Shown here piece after piece: positions 18,439 through 27,506 of a DNA stretch of 64,000 nucleotides. The DNA lies in NCBI GenBank assembly GCA_963666965.1, contig OY762939.1, positions 1,235,287-1,299,286 of the forward strand, given 5' to 3'. Origin of the DNA: Endomicrobiaceae bacterium (lineage in GTDB: Bacteria; Elusimicrobiota; Endomicrobiia; Endomicrobiales; Endomicrobiaceae). The notes beneath the pieces are model-generated. The model made no database searches. It was not told the origin of the DNA and saw only the letters and a program-made list of their open reading frames with translations. A program made the position numbers and the translations under genes. Within the stretch, counting starts at the first letter, position 1. Each line of letters begins with the position of its first letter.

Positions 18439-19962
18439 CTATATTTTATTATCTTTAAGCAAATTAATATCTTCAAATTTTATTCCGTATTTTTTTGATA
18501 TTATATTTGAAGCAATCCTGCCCGATTCGTAAATTGTCGGAAGTCCGCTTCCCGGATGTGTTCCACCGCCCACAAGATATGTATTATCAAGTTCTTCAAA
18601 TTTATTGTGTGGTCTGAAAAAGAGCATTTGTCCGAGATTATGCCCCAGATTAAATGTGGCGCCGTAATAAACGGCATAATCCGACTCCCAGTCAGAAGGT
18701 GTTATGATTTTTTCCGCTTTTATATGCTGTCTTATATCTTTTAACTCTGTTCTTCTTTCCAATTCTTTCAATATTTTCTCACGGTATAAATTTTTATTTA
18801 CAGACCAGTCTATTTCAAATGAATTATTAGGAACAGGAACAAGAATATAAATTGCCGAACATCCTTGCGGAGCTAAAGATGAATCTGTTATTGATGCATT
18901 TTGTATATAAAAAGACATTTCGTCTGTCAGTTTGCCGGTATTAAAAATATTTTCAATATTGGTTTTATAATCTTTTGCAAAAAATATATTATGGTGGGGT
19001 ATGTCGTACTTTTTATCAACCGCCAGATACATCATAAAAGTTGAACAGGAATATTTTTTATTTTTTAATTTTTTGCTTGAATATTTTTTTAGAGTTCCGC
19101 CGGGAACAACGGTAGACATCGCATGAGCGAAATCGGCATTGATTATAACTTCATCGGCATATATTTTTTCTCCGTTTTCAAGCTCTATTCCTTTTGTTTT
19201 TTTGCCGTCAAGAATCAGAGATTTGACTTTTGTGTTGAAGTGTATTTTTCCGCCTTTTTCTTCAAGAATTTTCTGCATTGCCGATGAAATTTTATGCAGC
19301 CCGCCCTCAACGTGATAAATTCCGAATTTATGTTCGACGTAGGGTATCATTGTGAAAGCTGCCGGACATTCCCATGCCGACATTCCGAGATATTTAGACT
19401 GAAAAGTAAAAGATAAAATAAGTTTTTCATCTGAAAAATATCTTGCAAGGTTGCTGTAAAGCGTTTTGCCAAGATCCATAACGGGAATTGCTTTTAAAAG
19501 ATGTGAATTAAACATTTTAAAGATTGAGGAATAGTCAATTTTTAAACATGAATACATTTTTTGAAATTTATTTTTTTCACGTTTTAGAAACTTTTCATAG
19601 CCATCTTCGTTTCCGGGGAAAATATTTTTTATTGTTTCTTTCATTTTTTCTTTATTATCGCTGACTAGGACGGTTCTGTCGTCAAATACAAGCCTGTACA
19701 TAGGATCAAGTCTTTTTATTTTTACGTAATCTTCAAGCTTCTTGCCGGCAAGCAAAAATATTTCTTCAAGCACAAAAGCCATCATAAGAAAGGTGGGGCC
19801 TGTATCAAAAGTATAATCTCCTATTTTTATCGGAGCATTTCTTCCGCCTGATTCTGATTCTTTCTCATATATTGAAACTTTAAAACCTCGGGTTGCCAAA
19901 ATAATTGCAGCGGAAAGACCGCCCGGGCCTGCGCCTATGATTGCAATATGTTTCTGTTGCAC
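18439..19962 (-). CDS. phytoene desaturase (CrtI)-family FAD-dependent oxidoreductase
   Basis: Dinucleotide motif IIGAGPGGLSAAI. I place the start at GTG 19960-19962, preceded by aaaggag at a 6-nt spacing. The 52-aa N-terminal extension in the track has no support. Confidence 0.7.
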   Translation of the reverse strand: MQQKHIAIIGAGPGGLSAAIILATRGFKVSIYEKESESGGRNAPIKIGDYTFDTGPTFLMMAFVLEEIFLLAGKKLEDYVKIKRLDPMYRLVFDDRTVLVSDNKEKMKETIKNIFPGNEDGYEKFLKREKNKFQKMYSCLKIDYSSIFKMFNSHLLKAIPVMDLGKTLYSNLARYFSDEKLILSFTFQSKYLGMSAWECPAAFTMIPYVEHKFGIYHVEGGLHKISSAMQKILEEKGGKIHFNTKVKSLILDGKKTKGIELENGEKIYADEVIINADFAHAMSTVVPGGTLKKYSSKKLKNKKYSCSTFMMYLAVDKKYDIPHHNIFFAKDYKTNIENIFNTGKLTDEMSFYIQNASITDSSLAPQGCSAIYILVPVPNNSFEIDWSVNKNLYREKILKELERRTELKDIRQHIKAEKIITPSDWESDYAVYYGATFNLGHNLGQMLFFRPHNKFEELDNTYLVGGGTHPGSGLPTIYESGRIASNIISKKYGIKFEDINLLKDNKI

Positions 19963-20080
19963 GGCTGGCTCCTTTACATATTTAGTGGAATGCAGTTGTA
20001 TATTATAAAAAAATAATTTATAATTCAATTGAAAATTGGGTTGCTTTCTTGATTTTTGTATCAAAAACAAGAGAACCTGA

Positions 20081-20536
20081 ATGCTTAAAACAATGAAATC
20101 AAAAATTCTAAAAGTATTCATTATGTTTTTATTGTTAGTGCCTGTTAAAAATTATTCCGTGCAGAATGCACAAATCATAATAAATGCGTCGAATTTTAGA
20201 AACAGCAACGGAATCGCGCATTTTAGTTTATTTAATCAGTCAAAAGGATTTCCCGACAAACACAAATTTGCTCATGTTACAGCGTCAGTTCCCATAATCG
20301 ATAATCAGGCTTCGGTAACATTTGAAAATGTATCGTTCGGAGAATATGCCGTAAGCGTTTTGCATGATGAAAACAATAATTATAAAATGGATGTTAATTT
20401 TGTAGGCATACCAAAAGAAGGTTTTGGTATCTCAAATAATTATAAAAGTGAAAAAAATAAGCCGGAATACAACAAAGCCAAAATAAGTTTGCGCGGAAAT
20501 ATGACTGTTGATATAAGAATGGTTTATTTTGATTGA
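20081..20536 (+). CDS. DUF2141 family secreted protein
   Basis: Signal peptide, plus the DUF2141-like motif NFVGIPKEGFGISNN. An alternative start lies at 20093. Confidence 0.6.
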   Translation: MLKTMKSKILKVFIMFLLLVPVKNYSVQNAQIIINASNFRNSNGIAHFSLFNQSKGFPDKHKFAHVTASVPIIDNQASVTFENVSFGEYAVSVLHDENNNYKMDVNFVGIPKEGFGISNNYKSEKNKPEYNKAKISLRGNMTVDIRMVYFD

Positions 20537-20554
20537 AAATTTAAAGGGGGACAT

Positions 20555-21016
20555 ATGAAGAAATTGATGTGTTTATTTATGTCTTGTATTGCCGTTGTTG
20601 TTTTTTGCAGTTCTGTTTTATTTGCCCATTGTCAGATTCCGTGCGGGATATACGATGATCAGCTCCGTTTTGAAAGTATCTATGAGGATGTAGCGACAAT
20701 TGAAAAAGCGGTTACTGAAATTATCAGACTTTCAGACCAGAGCAATAACTACAATCAAATTGTCAGATGGATTAATGCAAAAGAAGATCATGCAAATAAC
20801 ATAATGAAAATAGCCGGTGATTATTTTTTAGCCCAAAGAATTGAAGTTCAGGAAAACAGCGATAAAAAAGATAAAAATTATTATCATAAAATATCGCTTT
20901 TGCATAAAATTATAGTCTGTGCAATGAAAACAAAACAGTCGGCTGATCTGGCAAATGTCGAAAAATTGAAAATTCTTGTTTCTGATTTTCAAAAAATTTA
21001 TTTTGACGGAAAGTAA
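20555..21016 (+). CDS. sodN: nickel superoxide dismutase with Sec-type leader
   Basis: RBS aaggggga. The Ni-hook HCQIPCGIYDD (His codon at 20627) can be aligned with the Streptomyces SodN HCDLPCGVYDP. It is preceded by a 24-aa hydrophobic leader ending LFA. Confidence 0.8.
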   Translation: MKKLMCLFMSCIAVVVFCSSVLFAHCQIPCGIYDDQLRFESIYEDVATIEKAVTEIIRLSDQSNNYNQIVRWINAKEDHANNIMKIAGDYFLAQRIEVQENSDKKDKNYYHKISLLHKIIVCAMKTKQSADLANVEKLKILVSDFQKIYFDGK

Positions 21017-21107
21017 AAAATATACGGCTGTAAAATTTTAATATTAAAGATAAGAAATATTTTTTTATCTTGAAAAAAATTATTTTTTTTTGTAGAATCA
21101 TTCAATC

Positions 21108-21410
21108 ATGATATTTTATTATATGGTAGTTACATTACATTTTATAGTCTGCATAGCTTTGATAGCTATCGTTCTCCTTCAGGCCGGAAAAGGCGGGGGA
21201 ATGGCCGGTATTTTCGGCGGCGGCGGATCTGATCAGATTTTCAGTGCTCCTTCAGGAATGGCTTTCATAAAGAAGGTTACTGTTGTTTGTGCCGTTGTAT
21301 TTATGTTGACTTCACTTACGTTAACGATGTTGTCTTCAAAAATAAGTATGGCATCCGTAATTAATCAGATTCAAAATATTCCGGCAGCTGCTCCTCAACA
21401 GCCTAAATAA
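21108..21410 (+). CDS. secG: preprotein translocase subunit SecG
   Basis: 100 aa, 2 TM. Contains LLQAGKGGGMAGIFGGGGS, typical of SecG. Confidence 0.8.
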   Translation: MIFYYMVVTLHFIVCIALIAIVLLQAGKGGGMAGIFGGGGSDQIFSAPSGMAFIKKVTVVCAVVFMLTSLTLTMLSSKISMASVINQIQNIPAAAPQQPK

Positions 21411-21424
21411 CAGTGAGGATGATT

Positions 21425-21506
21425 GCTGGGGTGGCGGAACTGGCATACGCGCACGCTTGAGGTGCGTGTCCTTAACCGGATACGGGTTCAACTCCCGTCC
21501 CCAGCA
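21425..21506 (+). tRNA. tRNA-Leu(GAG), type II with long variable arm
   Basis: Acceptor gctgggg/ccccagc. Anticodon stem cacgc/gcgtg with loop ttGAGgt. T-arm gggttcaactccc. Confidence 0.85.
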
Positions 21507-21522
21507 TAAGTTTGAAAGTTTT

Positions 21523-21594
21523 GCGGGCGTAGCTCAGTGGTAGAGCGTCTCGTTGCCAACGAGAATGTCGTGGGTTCAAGTCCCATCGCCCGCT
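21523..21594 (+). tRNA. tRNA-Gly(GCC)
   Basis: Acceptor gcgggcg/cgcccgc, anticodon loop ttGCCaa, T-loop gggttcaagtccc. Confidence 0.9.
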
Positions 21595-21696
21595 TATGAT
21601 ATATTTAATATTCCCGACGATAAAAGCAAAACAATTGCCTTTCACGTCGGTTTTTTAATTCTAAGACTGCTGTATGGTTTATCTGTTGTTTCAAAA

Positions 21697-21769
21697 GGGG
21701 CTGTAGCTCAGCTGGGAGAGCGCTTCGTTCGCAACGAAGAGGCCGTCGGTTCAATCCCGATCAGCTCCA
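21697..21769 (+). tRNA. tRNA-Ala(CGC)
   Basis: Acceptor ggggctg/cagctcc with the G3:U70 identity pair. Anticodon loop ttCGCaa. Confidence 0.9.
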
Positions 21770-22036
21770 TTTTTTCTTCGACTTTTGAATTTTTGCTTCC
21801 TTATGCTCCGGCTCATTTATATTTCGTCTGAACATTGCAGTCGCAAGCGTCGCAAAAATGTCAAAATCCTTTAAAAAAATCTTCAGAAAATTATTCCTAA
21901 TTATGATACTCCTTGTCAAAAAATAATAAAAAATAACTTCGGTTTATAAACACAGTTGATAAACCCGCCCAACATCCTAAAATATTTCGCAAAATGTACA
22001 TCTTAGAAAAATATGGATTTGCTTTAAATAAAAAAA

Positions 22037-22061
22037 CGGAAGGACATATTTTGTCCTTCCG
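22037..22061. terminator. bidirectional intrinsic terminator
   Basis: 10-bp stem cggaaggaca/tgtccttccg, with an A-run upstream and a T-run downstream. It lies just past the stop of the minus-strand receptor gene. Confidence 0.7.
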
Positions 22062-22088
22062 TTTTTATTTGTAATTAAATATTGATTA

Positions 22089-23909
22089 TTAAAACTTTAT
22101 GTCTATTCCGCTGTATCCCGTTATTCCTGGCATAGGATAATCGTAACTGAGCTGGTATTTCTCATTTGTTATATTATCGCATTTTGCCCATACTGATATG
22201 TTTTTTGTCAACTGATAATCCACTCTTAAATTTACCGTGCAGTAATCATTCAGATAATTTCTGTATTCATCGAGAGTTGTCGCCACATACGATATATCGG
22301 CATTTACTTTTATATGCTTTAACGGAAGCGCAGTAACTGTGTAATTAATTTTATGCATAGGTTTATATGTTAAATCTTTATTGGTTTTTTTATCTTCCGC
22401 TCTTAAGTATGTATAATTCAATTTATGTTTTAAAAATTTATACATATTGTATCCTATTTCAACTTCGTATCCGTATTGTTTTGTTTCTCCGATATTTTGA
22501 GCCTGATACTGATAATATACAGGATCAACAAGAATATTTTGTATCAAATTATTGGTATCGATATAAAAACCGGTGACTGCTGCCGTAAAATCTTTTATAG
22601 AGTATTCAATACCGATATCGCTAGATGTTCCCTTTTCGGGTTTTAAATCATTGTTCGGTATATACCATGTTCCGTCTCCGTATATCTGTCCGAAGGTGGG
22701 GGCATTCCAGACTTTGCTTATGTTGCCTGAAATTTTTATACATTCGCTTGCTTTAAATATAATAGACAAAGCAGGAGTTGCAACGTCAGAGTAATCGGTA
22801 TTCATGTCTGCTCTGATGACAGGTATTAAAGTGAGTTTATCAATGTTTAATACAGACTGCATATAAAAAGCGGCATTTTCTCTGTTGCGGTTTATTTGTT
22901 CGGCGCCGAACATGTTGTCTAACTGTTTGTAAGTTGTTTTTTCCCATTCAACACCGGTAAAAATAAAGCCCTTATAGCTAAAAAGAGATTTGAGTCCGAC
23001 TGTATCGGTATAATATGTGTTATCGTAATAATTCGGAATATCATAGGCGTTTCTTTTATTCTGAGAATTGTATGCCGACATTTGCATCTCAAAATTTTCA
23101 TATTGTGTCATGTAATCAAGTTTTGAGTAGTTATTATTCTCGAATTGTTTTGCAGTTTCCGACGCATATTGTAAAGAACCCGGATTTCCAAGATCGGCGT
23201 CATAAACCTGTCCTGAAAAAGCTATTTCTGAATTGTCAGTCGGTTTTACGGCAAAGTTGCCGAATATGTTTTTTGAATTATAGAAAGAATTTTTTCTGTA
23301 TCCGTCGCTTGATAATACTGACGGAGTTACAAGCAAAGAAATATTTTCATCGGCATAAGCTCCGGTAATTGCGGCATTGATTGTATTAAACGTTCCGTAC
23401 GAAAAATATGGATTTATCTTTGGAGTGAAAATATCGGCTTTTTTTGTTATTACGTTAATTACTCCTCCAAAAGCTCCTGTGCCGTACATTGCGCTTCCGG
23501 ATCCGCGTATTATTTCTATTTTTTCTATCATAGTTGCCGGTATTGAAGTAAAATCGGCGGCTCCGCCTGTTCCTATTTCATTTACTCTTCTGCCGTCAAC
23601 TAAAACGAGTGTCTGGCCGGCAGAGGCTCCTCTTATTGAAATTGAGACAGCCTGTCCCAAAGGGCCGAAACTTTTAAAAGATATTCCCGGTTCATCTTCT
23701 AGAATGTCTCCCAAAGTCTTTGCATTTTTTTCTTCGATATTTTTACGAGTTATTACCGTTAAATTTGTTCCCAGATCTTTTAACGGTTCGGCATATTTTG
23801 TAATTGAAAGGAATATTTCTTCATTGTCTTTTTCAGTCATATTTTTCTGAGATGCGAAAACTTGCGAGCATAAAACCATAGCAACGGCAAAAAAAATAAT
23901 TTTTTTCAT
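22089..23909 (-). CDS. btuB: TonB-dependent outer-membrane receptor, cobalamin-type by context
   Basis: Signal peptide, plug domain (LTVITRKNIEE...GQTLVLVDGRR), and a beta-barrel ending in a C-terminal F. It is preceded by a cobalamin riboswitch. Confidence 0.7.
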   Translation of the reverse strand: MKKIIFFAVAMVLCSQVFASQKNMTEKDNEEIFLSITKYAEPLKDLGTNLTVITRKNIEEKNAKTLGDILEDEPGISFKSFGPLGQAVSISIRGASAGQTLVLVDGRRVNEIGTGGAADFTSIPATMIEKIEIIRGSGSAMYGTGAFGGVINVITKKADIFTPKINPYFSYGTFNTINAAITGAYADENISLLVTPSVLSSDGYRKNSFYNSKNIFGNFAVKPTDNSEIAFSGQVYDADLGNPGSLQYASETAKQFENNNYSKLDYMTQYENFEMQMSAYNSQNKRNAYDIPNYYDNTYYTDTVGLKSLFSYKGFIFTGVEWEKTTYKQLDNMFGAEQINRNRENAAFYMQSVLNIDKLTLIPVIRADMNTDYSDVATPALSIIFKASECIKISGNISKVWNAPTFGQIYGDGTWYIPNNDLKPEKGTSSDIGIEYSIKDFTAAVTGFYIDTNNLIQNILVDPVYYQYQAQNIGETKQYGYEVEIGYNMYKFLKHKLNYTYLRAEDKKTNKDLTYKPMHKINYTVTALPLKHIKVNADISYVATTLDEYRNYLNDYCTVNLRVDYQLTKNISVWAKCDNITNEKYQLSYDYPMPGITGYSGIDIKF

Positions 23910-23984
23910 AATTTAACTTAATCCTTTTTAATAATTTTTCACTGCGGTAAATTCTGTATTTGAGAAGTGTATTAAGTGTTAAAA

Positions 23985-24152
23985 GTCATAATGCGTACCT
24001 CCGAGGGTTTTTAAATTTAACGATCGGTCTCCTGACTCAGAGCTTTGAATTTCAGATAAACCCTTCCCGCTTTGGCAGTGGGAGTATCTTCCTTGCATAC
24101 GCTCATTACAGTAGCTGGACTGTATCCGGTTTTCACGGATTTCCCGTTCATC
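23985..24152 (-). promoter_or_regulatory. cobalamin riboswitch (canonical)
   Basis: The minus strand reads GGGAAatccGTGAaaaCCGGatacaGTCCaGCTACTGTAA, followed by a B12 box GAGTCAGGAGACCGATCG (plus-strand coordinates 24021-24038). Confidence 0.8.
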
Positions 24153-24157
24153 GTTAT

Positions 24158-24937
24158 TTATTTTTCACTGAAAACAGGTATCACGACCGGCTTGTTGGAG
24201 ACAGGGTTTGTCTTTACAACAACAGTCGTATTATATACCGTTTCAATATCTTTGTAATTTAGCACTTCAGTTGCGGTGCCGCTGCTGAAAATAATTCCAT
24301 TGTTCATCAGAATCAAATCCGAACAAAATTCTCCGGCTGCATTCAAATCATGAATAGTCGTAATTATAGTTTTGCCGTGTTTTAAATTTAAAGTTCGTAA
24401 AAGCCTGAAAATTGCCGACTGGCTTCCTATATCAAGATGAGATGTAGGTTCGTCAAAAGCGATGATATCGGTTTCCTGGGCAAGAGTCTGCGCGATTAAA
24501 ACTTTCTGTCTTTCGCCGCCCGACAATTCAAGTATATTTCTTTCGGCAAAGTTTTTTGTTTCCGTAAAATCCATGATTTCTTCAACTTTCTCATAATCGC
24601 GTTTTGTGGCATATTTAAAAAGATTCATACGGGGGAACCTGCCGAACATTATGAAATCTTTTACGGAAAAAGGAAAATCAATCGGCATATTTTGAGGCAT
24701 GAAAGACAGTTTTTCGGCTAAAATATTTTTTTTCATTTTATAAATATCTGTTTCATGTAACAGTATATTTCCGGCATACGGTTTTAAAAGGCCCGACAGA
24801 GATTTTAGAAGAGTTGTTTTTCCGGCTCCGTTTTTGCCTATGATGCCCGTAAAAGAGCCTTTTTTGATATCAATTGATATGTTTTTTACGACGGATATTT
24901 TATTGTAACCGCATGATAAATTCTTAATTTGTATCAT
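24158..24937 (-). CDS. btuD: FecCD-type ABC importer ATPase
   Basis: Walker A GKNGAGKTT, signature LSGGERQ, Walker B IIAFDEPTSHLD. Confidence 0.7.
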   Translation of the reverse strand: MIQIKNLSCGYNKISVVKNISIDIKKGSFTGIIGKNGAGKTTLLKSLSGLLKPYAGNILLHETDIYKMKKNILAEKLSFMPQNMPIDFPFSVKDFIMFGRFPRMNLFKYATKRDYEKVEEIMDFTETKNFAERNILELSGGERQKVLIAQTLAQETDIIAFDEPTSHLDIGSQSAIFRLLRTLNLKHGKTIITTIHDLNAAGEFCSDLILMNNGIIFSSGTATEVLNYKDIETVYNTTVVVKTNPVSNKPVVIPVFSEK

Positions 24938-25932
24938 AATGAAAATTTTCTTCCCGGCTTTAATAAAAGTATTATAAAGAAAAGCCCTCCGACTATGCTT
25001 GTTATTACGCCTACAGGTATTTCAACCGGCGCAAGCAGTGTTCTGCTTAAAGTGTCGCATACCGGCAGAAAAACTGCGCCTGCAAAAGCCGAAGCCGGTA
25101 TTAATATTCTATGATCGTTTCCAACAAATTTTCTTGTAATATGCGGCATCATAAGCCCTACAAATCCGATTACTCCGCAGCAGCTTACTGCTGAAGCCGT
25201 TATTAAAGAACTTAAAAGGAAAATATATTTGACCGTTCTTGCCGTATTTATGCCCAGAGAAGAAGATTTTTGTTCTCCGAGAGTTATAACATTTATCAAG
25301 TTCCCGAATAAACAAAGAACGGCAATTCCTGCTGTGATTATTATTGTCACAGGCATTAAAAGCCTTTCGTCAAATGATGAAAGATTGCCCATAAGCCACA
25401 TAAAAGCCGAAAACAGCTTATCCGATGAAAGTATCGCAAAAATAAGCATTACGGCAGCCGAAAATATGTAACTTGCAACTACTCCGGAAAGAATCATGCT
25501 GTTTGAATCAAATCCTTTTTTTATGTTTAAGGCATAGACTAAAAATATTGCAAGCATTGCCCCGATAAAAGCAGACAGAGGTATATATATCCAGCATACT
25601 GAGGCAAGGCCGAAAGCAAAAGCAAGCGACGCTCCGAAAGCGCTGCCTCCGGAAATTCCGAGCGTAAAAGGATCCGCAAGCGGGTTTCTCAGTATCCCCT
25701 GAAATATGCAGCCGCTGGCTGCAAGACCTGCTCCTGATACTACCGCAAGAATAAATCTTGGAAGTCTTATATGATTTATTATTATAAAAGTGTTATCGTC
25801 TGTTTTTGAAAAAAGGGCTTTAAAAAGTTCAATTAAAGAAATATCGCCTGCTCCGGACATCATTGAAAATACAAAAGCCGCAACAAAAAGAGCTGCCAAT
25901 ACTGAAAATTTTAAAATAAGATTATTTTTCAT
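24934..25932 (-). CDS. btuC: FecCD-family ABC importer permease
   Basis: 332 aa polytopic protein with typical FecCD segments (RNPLADPFTLGISGG). Overlaps both neighbouring genes. Confidence 0.7.
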   Translation of the reverse strand: MKNNLILKFSVLAALFVAAFVFSMMSGAGDISLIELFKALFSKTDDNTFIIINHIRLPRFILAVVSGAGLAASGCIFQGILRNPLADPFTLGISGGSAFGASLAFAFGLASVCWIYIPLSAFIGAMLAIFLVYALNIKKGFDSNSMILSGVVASYIFSAAVMLIFAILSSDKLFSAFMWLMGNLSSFDERLLMPVTIIITAGIAVLCLFGNLINVITLGEQKSSSLGINTARTVKYIFLLSSLITASAVSCCGVIGFVGLMMPHITRKFVGNDHRILIPASAFAGAVFLPVCDTLSRTLLAPVEIPVGVITSIVGGLFFIILLLKPGRKFSL

Positions 25933-26755
25933 TTACGGGATCCTGAGAAACGGTTTTTAAAATTATTTTAATCCCTTTTAAAAAAGTCAAAGGGGTGGGG
26001 GTAAAAATATCATTTACATCAAGCATATAAATTTTGTTGTTTTTTACGGCATTTATTGTTTTAATTTTTTTCCATCTCTGCATTTCTTCAAAGGTTATGT
26101 CGCCCATGTTTACAAGAAGTATTATGTCAGGATTTTTTATTATTACGGATTCCATAGTTATGTTTGGGTATCTCATATCAATATCGTCAAAAATATTGGT
26201 TGTCCCCAAAAAATTGTTATAGTTGTTTACAAAACTTTTTTTACCTGCCGTAAACAGCGGTTTTGCTCCTACTTCCCAAAATATTTTTTCCGTTTTTTTA
26301 TCTTTTGTTTTTGCGGTGATTTCATTTATCTCTTTCATTACGTTTGATATTATAGTTTCAGCCGTTTCTTTTTTACCTACATAATTTGCGAGATTCTGAA
26401 AGTTTTTACATATCTCGTCGAAACTGCTGACCGTATCCATAACATAAATTTTACATCCGAGCCTTTGCATTTTTTCTATCGCCGATTTATTGTTGCCTTC
26501 TTTTGTAGATATTATAAGGTCTGGGTTTAAAGAAATTATTTTTTCAATATTAGGTTCAAGAAGAGTGCCTATATTTTCTTTTTTTACGGTCCCTTCAGGG
26601 CAGTAAATCGTCACGGCTTTTATGTTTTCCTCAAGTCCGAGCTCATATAAACTTCTTGTTACTGACGGAGCAAGAGATATGATTCTTTTATATTCTCCGT
26701 AGCTGCCTGCGGTAATAAATAAAAAAATAAAAATCAGCAGTAATTTTTTTATCAA
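25922..26755 (-). CDS. btuF: periplasmic substrate-binding protein (BtuF/FecB class)
   Basis: Signal peptide. RIISLAPSVTRSLYELGL ... NPDLIIS is typical of class III binding proteins. Confidence 0.65.
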   Translation of the reverse strand: MIKKLLLIFIFLFITAGSYGEYKRIISLAPSVTRSLYELGLEENIKAVTIYCPEGTVKKENIGTLLEPNIEKIISLNPDLIISTKEGNNKSAIEKMQRLGCKIYVMDTVSSFDEICKNFQNLANYVGKKETAETIISNVMKEINEITAKTKDKKTEKIFWEVGAKPLFTAGKKSFVNNYNNFLGTTNIFDDIDMRYPNITMESVIIKNPDIILLVNMGDITFEEMQRWKKIKTINAVKNNKIYMLDVNDIFTPTPLTFLKGIKIILKTVSQDPVNEK

Positions 26756-27264
26756 AATTCAACTCCTTCTTTTGCCGGTATCCCTTTAGAGTATGGATGT
26801 TTTATTTCTAGAACTTCACTTACTAGATCTGCCGTTTCTATAAGTTTTTGAGACGCTCCTCTTCCTGTTATGATTACGGTTGATTTTTCAGCCAGCCGCT
26901 TTGCGGCTTCGATAAGAGATTCTTCGTCTATAAAGCCGTCTCTGAAGGCTATGTTGAATTCTTCAAGCACTATCAAATCATAACGGTTATCTTTGATTAT
27001 CTCTTCAATTTTACTTAATGCCGTAAAACATTCCTGTCTGACCTGCTGCTTTGAAATGTCTTTGAAACAAAAAGGATGTTTTTTTGCGTATGAATAAAAA
27101 TCGAGGCCTTCAAGTTTCGCAAGTATTTTTTGTTCGCCGTAAAAATTTTCGCCCTTAAAAAGCTGGATAAGACATACTTTTTGGTTATGACCGAGCGCCC
27201 GGATGATTTGTCCTATGGATGAAGTTGTTTTGCCTTTGCCATTGCCTGTTATTACTATGATCAT
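26752..27264 (-). CDS. cobO: cob(I)alamin adenosyltransferase (CobA/CobO/BtuR type)
   Basis: P-loop GNGKGKTTSSIG and LFKG motifs. The ATG start at 27264 is preferred over the TTG at 27267. Confidence 0.75.
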   Translation of the reverse strand: MIIVITGNGKGKTTSSIGQIIRALGHNQKVCLIQLFKGENFYGEQKILAKLEGLDFYSYAKKHPFCFKDISKQQVRQECFTALSKIEEIIKDNRYDLIVLEEFNIAFRDGFIDEESLIEAAKRLAEKSTVIITGRGASQKLIETADLVSEVLEIKHPYSKGIPAKEGVEF

Positions 27265-27318
27265 CAATTTGGCCTGCCTGAATAAATTTCGCAGATAAAA
27301 GAATGTTAAAAATAAAAA

Positions 27319-27344
27319 AACCGTCTTTCAATTGAAAGACGGTT
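27319..27344 (-). terminator. intrinsic terminator/attenuator in the cobO leader
   Basis: 11-bp perfect stem aaccgtctttc/gaaagacggtt with a 4-nt loop, followed on the minus strand by TTTTTTTATTTTT. It lies between the riboswitch-like aptamer and cobO. Confidence 0.65.
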
Positions 27345-27399
27345 TATAAAAAATAGAAATATAAAAGTCTTCCCCTAGAAAGAAACTGCTTAAAAGATA

Positions 27400-27500
27400 A
27401 ATAAATAGACCGGGCTCACAAAAAATGTTTACCGTTGCTGGGCAGCGTCCGAATTAAAAAAAACTTACGGAACTTCCTTTTATTTACCGCTGTTATAAAG
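27400..27500 (-). promoter_or_regulatory. cobalamin riboswitch-like aptamer with degenerate B12 box
   Basis: The minus strand reads aGGAAgttccGTAAg...AATTCggaCGCTGCCCaGCAACgGTAAa, parallel to the canonical copy. The B12 box position reads GAGCCCGGTCTAT, which lacks the GAGA core. Confidence 0.5.
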
Positions 27501-27506
27501 AACTAT

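Noticed and set aside
18439-20121. A 560-aa version of the CrtI-like ORF with a 52-aa N-terminal extension that overlaps the DUF2141 gene start.
   Set aside because: The extension is low-complexity and lacks an RBS. A GTG at 19960-19962 follows aaaggag at proper spacing and places the GxGxxG motif at the N-terminus, as in the family.
21553-21831. 92-aa ORF spanning the tRNA cluster.
   Set aside because: It overlaps tRNA-Gly(GCC) and tRNA-Ala(CGC). Its 'protein' is simply translated tRNA sequence and spacer.
23960-24262. Two plus-strand ORFs (100 and 61 aa) between the receptor and the ABC ATPase genes.
   Set aside because: The region is occupied on the minus strand by a canonical cobalamin riboswitch and the 3' end of the ATPase gene. 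There is no coding signature.
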